IMG/VR virus record: IMGVR_UViG_3300050821_002957
Location: 341,632 to 405,631 of that record
Length of the DNA: 64,000 nt
Reading direction: 5' to 3' (one strand)
Below the pieces are notes generated by a model. The model was not told the origin of the DNA, did not search any database, and was given only the letters and a program-made list of their open reading frames with translations. A program made the position numbers and the translations under genes. Below are positions 18,030 through 28,044 of this stretch, piece after piece. Positions within the stretch are counted from its first letter, which is position 1. Every line of letters begins with the position of its first letter.

Positions 18030-18890
18030 TTATTTATTGTGCTCAGAAGGCAAAGATTCTCTCAGAGCCGGATCGAATGACCAAGGGACTTCGAGAATTG
18101 GACAATCTACCAACGCCATCTCTTCAATTCCATCTTGTTTGAGATCGTGCCAGCGAATCAATTCCAAATTTCCTTGATCATTCTCTACGACTGCGGTCAG
18201 TGATTCGACCCAATCTCCACAGTTGGCATAGATCAGACCATTTTCTGCGATATAAATTTTGGGTGTATGAATGTGGCCGCAGATGACTCCACAGCTACCT
18301 TCGTTTCCAGCGTGCATCAAGACTGCCTTTTCAAAATCTTGAACAAATGAGACTGCCTTCTTTGCTTTCGATTTGAGATAACCAGCCAACGACCAATATT
18401 CATGATAGCCAAGTCTTGTTCGGATGAAATGCAAAATTCCGTTCGACTTTAACAATAAGTCGTAAAGATGATGACCAAGAACTGCCAGCCATTTCATGTT
18501 GCCGACCACTACATCATATTGGTCGCCATGCAAGATTGAAAATTGCAGTCCTGAAGAAGTCACATGCTTCGTCGTATCTACAAATTCAATGTTTGATCCG
18601 AGGCCAAATGGAATGAAGTTACGAATTTGATCGTCGTGGTTGCCAGGAAGATAAACGATCTTGGTTCCACTTTTGACCATCTTCAACAGGCGGCGCAGAA
18701 CTTCGCTCGACGCTAGGTCCCACTGAATGCCCTTTTTCATTTCCCAAAAATCGATGATATCGCCTACGAGGTACAATGTCTCACATTCAATCGATTTCAA
18801 AAAAGAAAGGACCGACTTAGCCTGTGCTCCCCCAAAACCAAGATGAAGATCCGAGATGAAGACCGCCCTATAGTGAGTTCGTTTTTTCAT
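18030..18890 (-). CDS. LpxH-like (UDP-2,3-diacylglucosamine hydrolase family) metallophosphoesterase
   Basis: SDLHLG, GDIID, GNHD, HGD, CGHIH, NCGDWVES. Confidence 0.85.
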   Translation of the reverse strand: MKKRTHYRAVFISDLHLGFGGAQAKSVLSFLKSIECETLYLVGDIIDFWEMKKGIQWDLASSEVLRRLLKMVKSGTKIVYLPGNHDDQIRNFIPFGLGSNIEFVDTTKHVTSSGLQFSILHGDQYDVVVGNMKWLAVLGHHLYDLLLKSNGILHFIRTRLGYHEYWSLAGYLKSKAKKAVSFVQDFEKAVLMHAGNEGSCGVICGHIHTPKIYIAENGLIYANCGDWVESLTAVVENDQGNLELIRWHDLKQDGIEEMALVDCPILEVPWSFDPALRESLPSEHNK

Positions 18891-19327
18891 TGGACGAATC
18901 TCCGTATCAAGGCATCAGATTCTCGTAACAACTCTAGCAATCCAGGATGAAATTGGTGTGGTTTTTCCATTGCAATCTGAATAACTATGCTGTACGGCAA
19001 CCAAGCAATGAAGCTAGTCTCAAATAGATATTCTGGCTCTGCCTTGAATTCAAACTCCTCAGGAACGATTCCGATGAAACTGTGATATTGGAAACCCTTT
19101 CTGCTGCTTATGTGCGCTTGGTGAAGTTCAATGGGGCCGTAGTAGCCAACCTCCTCACCCATCTCTCGGAGAGCGCTAGAGGCCACGGAAGAGCCATCCT
19201 CGACCATTCCACCGACGATGCCCCAGACATCGCCTTGACGGATGCCGGGTGCTCTCCAGGAAAGACATAAATTTTTGGTGTTTGCGGCAATTGGAAGAAT
19301 TCCGCTTGCCAGAGAAAATTTTTTCAT
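18887..19327 (-). CDS. Nudix hydrolase
   Basis: WGIVGG...SALREMGEEVG. Confidence 0.8.
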   Translation of the reverse strand: MKKFSLASGILPIAANTKNLCLSWRAPGIRQGDVWGIVGGMVEDGSSVASSALREMGEEVGYYGPIELHQAHISSRKGFQYHSFIGIVPEEFEFKAEPEYLFETSFIAWLPYSIVIQIAMEKPHQFHPGLLELLRESDALIRRFVQ

Positions 19328-19851
19328 CTTCCGAACCGTTTGAACATCTCTTTGTCAATGGTAGGAAGATCAAATAAATCTGTCGGTTCCTTTGCTGCTC
19401 TGAATTGAGGACGATTGAAATGTCCCATGTGAAGACCAACTTTGGCACACTCTTCGGCGAACAATTGATAGCCGTTTTGGTTGGTAGGACGTTCTTTAAA
19501 ATTGGGTGAATAATTCAGCTTGCGATTGCCATCTACCCAGACGACCGTAGCTGCCTCACCCCAGTTGTGCCAGGAGCAACCAGGAAGATCGTCGGTCATG
19601 AGATTTGTTTCTTTAGGTTTCCCTTTTGCCATGCAGTCGGCTAAGTACGGCGCACCAGCATGTGTCAGTGCCATGACTTTCAATTCTGCATCTGTTGCAC
19701 TGCGGCCTTGTCTCCACATGGCTGCTTGTTCGAGGGGAGAGACAAGTGTAACGAGAGGTTCAAGCAAGAAACGATGCTTTTTCGTCGCTTCAATTGCTTC
19801 AATCAGTTTCTTGCGAAACTCCGGGATCAGTAAGGATAATTCGGTCGCCAT
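19324..19851 (-). CDS. M15-family L-Ala-D-Glu peptidase homolog, probably inactive
   Basis: SPLEQAAMWRQGR, PGCSWHNWGEA; expected Zn-ligand Asp and final His absent. Confidence 0.6.
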   Translation of the reverse strand: MATELSLLIPEFRKKLIEAIEATKKHRFLLEPLVTLVSPLEQAAMWRQGRSATDAELKVMALTHAGAPYLADCMAKGKPKETNLMTDDLPGCSWHNWGEAATVVWVDGNRKLNYSPNFKERPTNQNGYQLFAEECAKVGLHMGHFNRPQFRAAKEPTDLFDLPTIDKEMFKRFGR

Positions 19852-19971
19852 AAATGTATTTAGTGACCGCCTTGGAGATTCGGTTTATAGATGGAAAAAT
19901 CAGCCATGTCATCCAACCGACATATCCACCGATAATCAAAATCGCAACAAAAGTTCCGCAGAATTGTGCAA

Positions 19972-20484
19972 TCATTGTTGAGCCATCCATGAATAGAGAT
20001 TTGAAAGGTCGAAATTGTTCAATTCGTCTAGTGTCTCTGGAATCGTAGTGTGATGAATTGCTATTCCACCGGCCTCACGCCATTCGGCAACGTTACGAGG
20101 ATGGTCGTCGATTAATAAATTCACAACTCCATCAATCACAGCAAAATCTTTCTTCTCACTACGACACACGATGTGAATGTACTCATCTGCAATTCCTAAT
20201 TCCTGAAAGCACCATATTCGTTTCTCTTCCGGGCAAGAAGGTGCATCATCTGGGTGTGGGGATGCTGAAAGAATGTATGGATTGTATATTTTGATTCGTT
20301 CCCACAGTTGCATAGCACCCGGCATCCATTCTAAATTTATCCAAAATCCAGTGATTGCCTGAATTAGTGCCCATTTTTCTTTGTCGGTTCCGAGACATGG
20401 ATCGTTGAATTCTCGGCCAAGTGCCCTGCGTGCGCCGCCAAGAAAATTGACAAGAACTTGGTCCATGTCACAGTAGACTTTCAT
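19972..20484 (-). CDS. HAD-family 5'(3')-deoxyribonucleotidase
   Basis: DMDQVLVNF, LLIDD, WREAGG. Confidence 0.8.
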   Translation of the reverse strand: MKVYCDMDQVLVNFLGGARRALGREFNDPCLGTDKEKWALIQAITGFWINLEWMPGAMQLWERIKIYNPYILSASPHPDDAPSCPEEKRIWCFQELGIADEYIHIVCRSEKKDFAVIDGVVNLLIDDHPRNVAEWREAGGIAIHHTTIPETLDELNNFDLSNLYSWMAQQ

Positions 20485-20576
20485 TGCTTCATCCTACCAT
20501 GTCTTTAGAATCTGTCTACTGTTGACGAAATTTCAAAGGGTGCTAAATTTGTTTTGCCACAGCAATTTCGTGGTCG

Positions 20577-23471
20577 ATGAAAAACCCTATGAACAAGTAT
20601 TATACGAACGTCTACAGGACTGGCAACCGACTTTTTGTCAGAGAAATTAGAGACGGAAAAAGACGCAATTTTAAGACAGAATACAAACCTACTTTGTACG
20701 TCCCGACCAAGGGAAAAGCTGCTCTTCATTCACCAGACGGTACTCCTGTCGAACCTCTCAATCCAGGTACGATGGGCGACTGTTACCAGTTCCTCCAGAA
20801 ATATAAAGATGTAGGTAATTTCCAAATCTTCGGAAATACAGCCTACGAATACACCTTCATTAACGAAGAATATCCCGGCCTACTCAATTACAAAATAAGT
20901 GAGATGGTCATATGCAACCTTGACATCGAAGTCGCAAAGACAGCCGATGGATACTCTGAAGCTCGGGACGCCGCCAACGAAGTCACTGCCATCACCATGA
21001 AAAGTTCTGGCGACGGCATCTATCACGTCTTTGCCTGCCAACCTTTCGATGACAAGCAATACAATTTTGAACATCAGGATACCATCATCGCCTATCACCA
21101 GTGCGAAGACGAAATGGATCTGTTTTACAAATTCCTCGATCTGTGGGAAAGAATCGAACCGGACATTGTGACCGGCTGGAACATCAGGCTGTACGATATT
21201 CCTTATCTCGTCAATCGAATCTCCCGCATCATGTCAACCGATGACGCAAATCGTCTGTCTCCGTGGGGCATGATCAAAGAAAACACAGTCAACATTTTTG
21301 GCAACCCCGAAGTGGTCTATGATGTCGCTGGTCTGAGCATCCTTGACTACTTGCTCATTTACCGAAAGAATGTTCTGGAGCCTCGTGAATCTTACCGGCT
21401 CGATTACATCGCAGAAGTTGAACTTGGTGAACGTAAAGTAGACTACGGCGAGTACAACGATCTCCAAGATTTGTACGAGCGAAACTTCAAGAAATTCATC
21501 GAATATAACATTCATGATGTCCGCTTGGTTGACCGGATCGAGATAAAACGTAAGTTGATAGAACTACAGGTCGTAGTGGCTTATCATGCCAAAATTAACT
21601 TCGTCGATGTCCTCTCCCAAGTCCGCATGTGGGACACCAATATTTGCAACCACCTTCTGAAGGAAAGAATTGTCGTTCCGCAGAGGACAGACACCGCAAA
21701 AGACACTCAATTCGCAGGCGCATTTGTCATGCAGCCAATTCCTGGCATGTATCACTGGATCGCTTCGTTCGACGTTCAATCTCTGTATCCGATGATCATG
21801 CGTACCCTTAACATGGGTATGGAAACAAAGCTCTCGTACAAAGACCTGACGCCGATGATGAAACAGTATCAAAAGTACATCGGCGAAAATTTGATGCAGA
21901 CACTCACCGATGGAAGCCGGGTAGTAAATCCTGATGCAATCATCGACGGCATGACTGAAGAGTTGATGGAACACTTGCGGGAGCAGGATGTCTCGGTCGG
22001 CGCAAATGGTGTCTTCTATCGTCGTGATCCAAAGTCATTCTATTCGGTAATGATCGAAGAGTTGTTTGACAACCGGCTGGAATATAAAAAGAAGTTGAAG
22101 GCTGCAAAACTTGAACTTTCAACTTGCACTGATTCCACCAGAAAAGCAGAGCTTGAAGACATCGCTTCCATTTACGATCTCAAGCAGCACGCTACAAAGA
22201 TCATGCTCAACAGTTTGTACGGCGCTATGGGCAACCAATACTTCCGCTTTTTCGACGTAGCCAATGCCGAAGCGGTAACGACGACAGGACAGTTCATCAT
22301 TCAGTACATCGCTCGTGGTATCAACGCCTACCTGAACAAGATGATGAAGACTGAGAACAAACAATTCATTGTCTATAGTGACACGGACTCCATCTATGTC
22401 ACATTAGAAACCGTCGTCAACAAGCATCATCCTCATGGTACGACGATGGAAAAGGTTGGCTTCGTAGATCGTATTTGTAAGGATGCAATCCAGCCGCAAA
22501 TCAATCGTCTGTTCCGATATCTGACTGAACGATATTTGAACGGTGTCGGCGAATACTTGCTGATGAACCGTGAAGTCATCGGTGACAAAGGTATCTGGAC
22601 GGCCAAGAAACGTTACCTTATCAATGTGCGGGACAAGGAAGGCATTCGTAAAGAAAAGGCCGAACTCAAGTACATGGGTGTAGAGATCGCCAAGTCATCG
22701 GTTCCTAAGTTCTGCCGGGATGCAATGAAAGAAGCTGTAACTATTGTGATGGAACAAGACCAGGAAACTCTGTTCAAGTTCGTTGCCGACACCGAAGCAA
22801 AATTCAAGGCACAGCCAATTGAAAATGTGAGCTTTCCCCGCAGCGTGAATGGCCTTGCTAAGTACGGTCATCACGAGACGATCTATATCAAGGGTACGCC
22901 GTTCCATACCAAGGGTGCTCTGATGTACAATCACATGCTCGATCTCAAGGGAATGTCAAATAAGTATCCCAAGATCAAAGATGGCGAAAAGATGAAGTTC
23001 TTCTATCTGAAAGAACCCAATCCACTCGGTGTCAATGCAATGGCTTTCCTTACGAAATTTCCGGTAGAGTTTAACATGGCGGAATTTATTGATTGGGATA
23101 CACAGTGGGAAAAAAGTTTCATCGAGCCTCTCAAATTGATTCTCAATGCAATCAAATGGGACACTCAACGACGGGCCAATCTGGATGCTCTGTTTATTTG
23201 GGATGACGACGAAGAAGAGACCAACGACGAAAAAGCTGATCGGGCACAGTACGAAGAAACATGCCGTGACGAATCTGACGAAGAAAGTGAGTCGGATTTT
23301 GACCAGAAAATTGAACTTGCCGAACTGGAACTCGCTTTGTACGATATGGAACGAGTTAAGTCAAAAGCTGGTGATATTGAAGATCCAAAATTCGATCAAC
23401 AACTGGCCGATCTAAAGACCCAGGTGCAGATACTTAAGCACCGATTGACAGATTCCGGTTCCGTGGTGTAA
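20577..23471 (+). CDS. gp43: Family B DNA polymerase
   Basis: Exo DIEV, GWNI..YDIPY, YNIHDV; pol SFDVQSLYP, KIMLNSLYG, YSDTDS, KKRY. Confidence 0.97.
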   Translation: MKNPMNKYYTNVYRTGNRLFVREIRDGKRRNFKTEYKPTLYVPTKGKAALHSPDGTPVEPLNPGTMGDCYQFLQKYKDVGNFQIFGNTAYEYTFINEEYPGLLNYKISEMVICNLDIEVAKTADGYSEARDAANEVTAITMKSSGDGIYHVFACQPFDDKQYNFEHQDTIIAYHQCEDEMDLFYKFLDLWERIEPDIVTGWNIRLYDIPYLVNRISRIMSTDDANRLSPWGMIKENTVNIFGNPEVVYDVAGLSILDYLLIYRKNVLEPRESYRLDYIAEVELGERKVDYGEYNDLQDLYERNFKKFIEYNIHDVRLVDRIEIKRKLIELQVVVAYHAKINFVDVLSQVRMWDTNICNHLLKERIVVPQRTDTAKDTQFAGAFVMQPIPGMYHWIASFDVQSLYPMIMRTLNMGMETKLSYKDLTPMMKQYQKYIGENLMQTLTDGSRVVNPDAIIDGMTEELMEHLREQDVSVGANGVFYRRDPKSFYSVMIEELFDNRLEYKKKLKAAKLELSTCTDSTRKAELEDIASIYDLKQHATKIMLNSLYGAMGNQYFRFFDVANAEAVTTTGQFIIQYIARGINAYLNKMMKTENKQFIVYSDTDSIYVTLETVVNKHHPHGTTMEKVGFVDRICKDAIQPQINRLFRYLTERYLNGVGEYLLMNREVIGDKGIWTAKKRYLINVRDKEGIRKEKAELKYMGVEIAKSSVPKFCRDAMKEAVTIVMEQDQETLFKFVADTEAKFKAQPIENVSFPRSVNGLAKYGHHETIYIKGTPFHTKGALMYNHMLDLKGMSNKYPKIKDGEKMKFFYLKEPNPLGVNAMAFLTKFPVEFNMAEFIDWDTQWEKSFIEPLKLILNAIKWDTQRRANLDALFIWDDDEEETNDEKADRAQYEETCRDESDEESESDFDQKIELAELELALYDMERVKSKAGDIEDPKFDQQLADLKTQVQILKHRLTDSGSVV

Positions 23472-23508
23472 TGATTTACGACGCCCGTTTCAGGGCAGGA
23501 AATAACTA

Positions 23509-24786
23509 ATGGCAAAGAAAGATAAGAAAGGAGCAAAAAAATCAGAAGGTAGTTTTTTTGACGACTTACTCAAGAAAGTAGGACTGGATATTCCGGTCGC
23601 TACAGAAGTCAATGACATTCACAAAACGACCTTTTTCAGCACTGGATCGTTGATGTTGAATGCACTGGTCTCAAGCTCGATGAATGGTGGTCTGGCAGGC
23701 AATAAGATCACCGCTCTGGCAGGCGAGGAAGCAACCGGAAAGACATTCATCGCCTTGCAGTGCATCAAACACTTCTTGGACGAACAACCCACCGGCCACG
23801 TTTTCATTTTCGATTCAGAAGATGATCCGTCGAAGACTGAAGCTGTGATGAAAAAGCGTGGCATCGATACAAGCCGTGTCCACGTAAAGTTCGTCAAGAC
23901 TATTCAGGAATTCCGTCAACTGATGATCAACATCATTGATGGTTACCTGGAACAGCCGGTCGAAAAGCGCCAGCCGATGTTCATGGTGCTGGATTCGCTT
24001 GGAAACCTTTCGACCCTCAAGGAACTTCATGATACAGCGAAGGGTGCCTTGAACAAGAAGGGCGAAGATGTCAGGGATATGACTCGTACATCTTTGATTC
24101 GTGGTTTGTTCCGTGTGTTGACGATCAAGTTGGGCGAGGCGAATGTTCCGTTGCTCATCACCAATCACACCTATCAGACGATGAATCCGTATGGCGCTGC
24201 AACTACGATGAGTGGCGGCGGCGGTCTTCGGTACGCAGCTTCGACGATCATTTATTTGACCAAGAAGAAATTGCGTGATGCAGACAAGGACGTGATTGGA
24301 TCGATTCTGACGGCAACCCTCGACAAGAGCCGTTTCACTCCTCCAGGATTGAAAGCAGACCTACTCCTGACGCACGCAGCCGGTCTAGACAAATATTGGG
24401 GCCTGTTTGAATTTGGCCTTGAGACCGGAATCCTCATTAAGGGAACAGGTGTCGCAGAGAAAAACGACAAGTCTGGCAAAAAGAATGGAATCAAGGCGAA
24501 TAGCTACAAGTTCCCTGATGGTCAGATTGCCGACCGAAAGGAAATCGAAGCGAACCCATCCATGTACTTCGACACCGACATTAACTTTGCGGCGTTTGAA
24601 GAGCAGTGTGCCAAGACGTTCCAATTCGGTGAAGGTCAGGATCGTCCGATTAGTGATGAAGACGAGGCAGACGGTGAGATCGATATCGATGCAGCCGTCG
24701 CAGCAATGCAGGAAGCCTTTGAAGCAGTGGACGAAGCTGGCGATGCCGAAGTCGAAGAGCAGCCAAAAAAGAAAGGAAAGAAATAG
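23509..24786 (+). CDS. uvsX: RecA-like recombinase
   Basis: STGSLMLNAL, GEEATGKT, LDSLGNL, TNHTY, GGGGLRYAAS. Confidence 0.93.
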   Translation: MAKKDKKGAKKSEGSFFDDLLKKVGLDIPVATEVNDIHKTTFFSTGSLMLNALVSSSMNGGLAGNKITALAGEEATGKTFIALQCIKHFLDEQPTGHVFIFDSEDDPSKTEAVMKKRGIDTSRVHVKFVKTIQEFRQLMINIIDGYLEQPVEKRQPMFMVLDSLGNLSTLKELHDTAKGALNKKGEDVRDMTRTSLIRGLFRVLTIKLGEANVPLLITNHTYQTMNPYGAATTMSGGGGLRYAASTIIYLTKKKLRDADKDVIGSILTATLDKSRFTPPGLKADLLLTHAAGLDKYWGLFEFGLETGILIKGTGVAEKNDKSGKKNGIKANSYKFPDGQIADRKEIEANPSMYFDTDINFAAFEEQCAKTFQFGEGQDRPISDEDEADGEIDIDAAVAAMQEAFEAVDEAGDAEVEEQPKKKGKK

Positions 24787-24834
24787 TTGATGTAAGTCGG
24801 GAGGTTCTTTTAGGAGCCTCCCTCAAGAGAAAGA

Positions 24835-25518
24835 ATGGAACAAGCAAAATTAACGAATGACCAGTCTATTGAAATTGGACAGACCGATGAAGCACAGCAG
24901 ATACGAACACTCAGAGCTAACGGTTTTGTGATTGAATCCGCAACCAAATCGGAAGATATAAACGAGAAGATCGACTGTTTTTTGGTTTTGAAAAATGGCA
25001 CACGAGAGGCCATTCAAATCAAGGGCAGAGATAGGAATCCAGACAAGGCAAACATTTATGTCGATCTCCTATCCGATGTCTACGAACCTTATTGTGGTTT
25101 GGGACATCCTGATACCAAAATAGGCCGTGATGAATTCAGTGCTTACAAATGGTACACCTGCCGCATCAAGGAAGAAATGGTCTTAGTAAGCGGCGCTGCT
25201 CACAAAGATATCATTAAAACTGTCTTGGCTGAATGGGAAGAATCAGAAAACCGTAAGCAGATTGACAGACGATTGAGTGAATGGGTCACAACACTTCATC
25301 GAGTTGGAAACAAGGTTGATTGGGAACCAAATTTTGAATTGTTCAGAGAATTCCGGCAGTGGACTTTTGAAAGTGAGTCTTATCCGGGAGTGCAAATCAA
25401 ATGTACCCAAGATAAGCGTCGAACCGGCTGGCAGAAAAACAGGCCGAAGTTATTAGTCTTCGTTCCAATTTCTTCGTTCCAGCCAAAACATGTCAGAAGG
25501 TTCAAACTAAATGGATAG
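24835..25518 (+). CDS. PD-(D/E)XK-like nuclease-fold protein
   Basis: EDINEKIDCF...IQIKGR. Confidence 0.5.
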   Translation: MEQAKLTNDQSIEIGQTDEAQQIRTLRANGFVIESATKSEDINEKIDCFLVLKNGTREAIQIKGRDRNPDKANIYVDLLSDVYEPYCGLGHPDTKIGRDEFSAYKWYTCRIKEEMVLVSGAAHKDIIKTVLAEWEESENRKQIDRRLSEWVTTLHRVGNKVDWEPNFELFREFRQWTFESESYPGVQIKCTQDKRRTGWQKNRPKLLVFVPISSFQPKHVRRFKLNG

Positions 25519-27118
25519 AATCGAATCAGTCATCCTCCGCTCACTCATCTACGACGATTTGTATGTGCGCCGGGTACTTCCTTTCTTGGAAGACGAATAT
25601 TTTCTCGACAAGACTGAACGACTTATTTTTTCCAAGCTCAAAAATTACATCGATACGTACAACGTTCCACCGACTAAGGAATCGTTGATCATCGACCTGA
25701 ACACATCCGGCGCTGAGACCGACACCATCGAAGAAGTTGATAGTTATCTCAGTATTCTTGATGCCGAAAAAGAAGAGAAGCCTCATGTAGACTGGTTGGT
25801 CGAGCGTACCGAATCCTGGTGCCAAGAAAAGGCCATTCACAATGCTGTTCTCGAAGTTATCAACATTCTAGATGGCAAGAACAAACACGTAGACAGAGGC
25901 ATGATCCCGAAGTTACTCCAGGATGCTCTTGCCAAATCATTTGATCCTCATGTAGGCCATGATTGGTACGAAGACGCTGGCGCTCGACATGACTTTTACA
26001 AGAAGGTCGATAGTCGCATACCATTCCATCTTGATTATTTCAACATGATCACTAAGAATGGAATTCCGAATAAGACATTGAACATTTGTCTCGCCGGAAC
26101 CAACGTCGGCAAGTCGCTGTTCATGTGCGATCTGTCGGCTAATTATTTGATGAAGGGCAAGAACGTCCTTTACATCACATTGGAAATGGCGGAAGAGCGT
26201 GTCGCAGAGCGTATCGATGCCAATTTACTGGACATTCCGGTCGATGAATTAAGTTTCATCAGCAAGGAATCGTTTCATAAAAAGATCGAACGCATTAACA
26301 GTCAGACCAAAGGCCATCTGATCATCAAGGAATATCCGACAGCCCAGGCGCACGTAGGTCACTTCCGGCATTTGTTGAATGAGCTTTGGCTGAAGAAGTC
26401 TTTCAAGCCAGATGCCATCATGATCGATTATCTGAACATCTGTGCATCAAGCAGAGTCAAGGCCAGCAGCGGCATGTACGAAATGGTCAAAGGGATCGCA
26501 GAAGAATTGCGTGGTCTCGCTGTCGAATTCAATGTCCCGATCTGGAGTGCAACACAGATGAACCGTGCTGGCTTCAACAATCAGGACCCAGACTTGACCA
26601 ACACGTCTGAATCGTTTGGTCTCCCGGCAACGGCTGACTTCATGTTTGCTTTGGTTAACAGTGACGAACTTAAGAACATGAATCAGTTGCTCGTGAAAAT
26701 TTTGAAGAATCGTTACGGCGATGTCAACTTCAGAAACAAAGAAACCGGCAAGATTATGAATAAGTTTGTCGTCGGCGTAGACAAGAGCAAACAGAAACTC
26801 TATAATGTCAGCGATGCGGCGCAGGATTTATCTGATGACGATCCGACTGGTGGTGCTCCGAAACCGAAAATGCCGCCGAGAAAAGAACTGGACATCGGTG
26901 TAGATGAAAGTGATGCTCCGTGGACGGTCGTAGATGAAGGTGTGACCGAACCGACGTTTGACATCGATCTACCAGCGAACGACAGAAAGTTCCGAGAGTC
27001 TGAAGAGGATGCAGAGCGTCGTAGAAACGCAACGATAGCTCCTGCTGCGCCGTACAGCCCAAAGACGGCCACTCCTAGTGCCTTCGCTGCCGGAAAGAAA
27101 CATAACATCAAACTATGA
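25511..27118 (+). CDS. gp41: Replicative DNA helicase
   Basis: LAGTNVGKSL, ITLEMAEE, IKEYPT, DYLNIC, SATQ, SESFGLPATAD. Confidence 0.97.
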   Translation: MDRIESVILRSLIYDDLYVRRVLPFLEDEYFLDKTERLIFSKLKNYIDTYNVPPTKESLIIDLNTSGAETDTIEEVDSYLSILDAEKEEKPHVDWLVERTESWCQEKAIHNAVLEVINILDGKNKHVDRGMIPKLLQDALAKSFDPHVGHDWYEDAGARHDFYKKVDSRIPFHLDYFNMITKNGIPNKTLNICLAGTNVGKSLFMCDLSANYLMKGKNVLYITLEMAEERVAERIDANLLDIPVDELSFISKESFHKKIERINSQTKGHLIIKEYPTAQAHVGHFRHLLNELWLKKSFKPDAIMIDYLNICASSRVKASSGMYEMVKGIAEELRGLAVEFNVPIWSATQMNRAGFNNQDPDLTNTSESFGLPATADFMFALVNSDELKNMNQLLVKILKNRYGDVNFRNKETGKIMNKFVVGVDKSKQKLYNVSDAAQDLSDDDPTGGAPKPKMPPRKELDIGVDESDAPWTVVDEGVTEPTFDIDLPANDRKFRESEEDAERRRNATIAPAAPYSPKTATPSAFAAGKKHNIKL

Positions 27119-27447
27119 AGTATCAATTTCAAGCACCATGTACGACTAAGTATCGTGATCCGAAGGGAAACGAACATCCTCTTCGGTTTGGCATCGGGGA
27201 CATCATTGATGTGGTTCCCCGATCCTCCGAAGATTTCAAGAATCATCCTATGACAGATGACTTGTCTTTTTATTTGGAAAGCAAAAGGGAAATTCCTTTG
27301 GTCGGTGGTGCAGTGATCATAGAATTTTGTGAGCCGTCATGTTTCAAGCATTTTCATGATTTGGAGACACTGCGTGACGACCAAATTCTAATCGACGCTC
27401 AAAGACAAGAAATTTACGAAAAATACTACAGGAAATTGGGAAAATAA
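27115..27447 (+). CDS. Hypothetical protein
   Basis: Operonic ORF. Confidence 0.5.
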   Translation: MKYQFQAPCTTKYRDPKGNEHPLRFGIGDIIDVVPRSSEDFKNHPMTDDLSFYLESKREIPLVGGAVIIEFCEPSCFKHFHDLETLRDDQILIDAQRQEIYEKYYRKLGK

Positions 27448-28013
27448 TGTTCATCACCGACTACATCAAAATTTACGAGAGTGCAATTCCACCGGACATC
27501 GCTGATGAGCTTGTTCGTCGTTTTGAAGCGTCTCCAGACAAGAAGATTGAGTTAGACCAACAAGAAGGCAACGAGAAGCCGGTGCGTTCCTATTTGGAAT
27601 TGTCAATTACCAAAGATCACAAGGACTTTCTGGACATTCAGGCTGTCTTGATGAAGCTGACCGAACTGGCGGCATTGAAGTATCAGTCTGAAATTCCGAC
27701 TCGAACTTTTCCGAAAGAAATTGGTTGTGAGACATTTCGTGTCCAGAAGTTTCGTAATGAGACCGATGATCGATTTCAATATCATGTCGATGTTTCTAAC
27801 TACGCCAGCGCTCGACGATTCCTTGGTCTGTGCTGGTTCCTGAACGATGTCGAAAAGGGTGCCGAAGTTTATTTTCCTCATCCCAACATTAGAGTCCAAC
27901 CAAAGAAGGGCAGACTGGTGGTCTATCCGGCAATGTGGATGTACCCTCATGCGGTCGAGCCTTGTCTGACCGGCGATAGCTACGTCATCACGACCTTCTT
28001 ACATTACATCTAG
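27447..28013 (+). CDS. 2OG-Fe(II) oxygenase (prolyl-hydroxylase-like)
   Basis: HVD, FLNDV.KG, PKKGRLVVYP.MWMYPH. Confidence 0.85.
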   Translation: MFITDYIKIYESAIPPDIADELVRRFEASPDKKIELDQQEGNEKPVRSYLELSITKDHKDFLDIQAVLMKLTELAALKYQSEIPTRTFPKEIGCETFRVQKFRNETDDRFQYHVDVSNYASARRFLGLCWFLNDVEKGAEVYFPHPNIRVQPKKGRLVVYPAMWMYPHAVEPCLTGDSYVITTFLHYI

Positions 28014-28022
28014 TCCATTCCA

Positions 28023-28029
28023 CTAAATA
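28023..28029 (+). promoter_or_regulatory. T4-late-like promoter CTAAATA (one of about 11 copies)
   Basis: Also at 28982, 32408, 40751, 43497, 48278, 54465, 54975 and 19857-19863 (minus); variants ATAAATA 44216, CTAAGTA 54210. Confidence 0.7.
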
Positions 28030-28044
28030 GAAACAGACTCGTAA

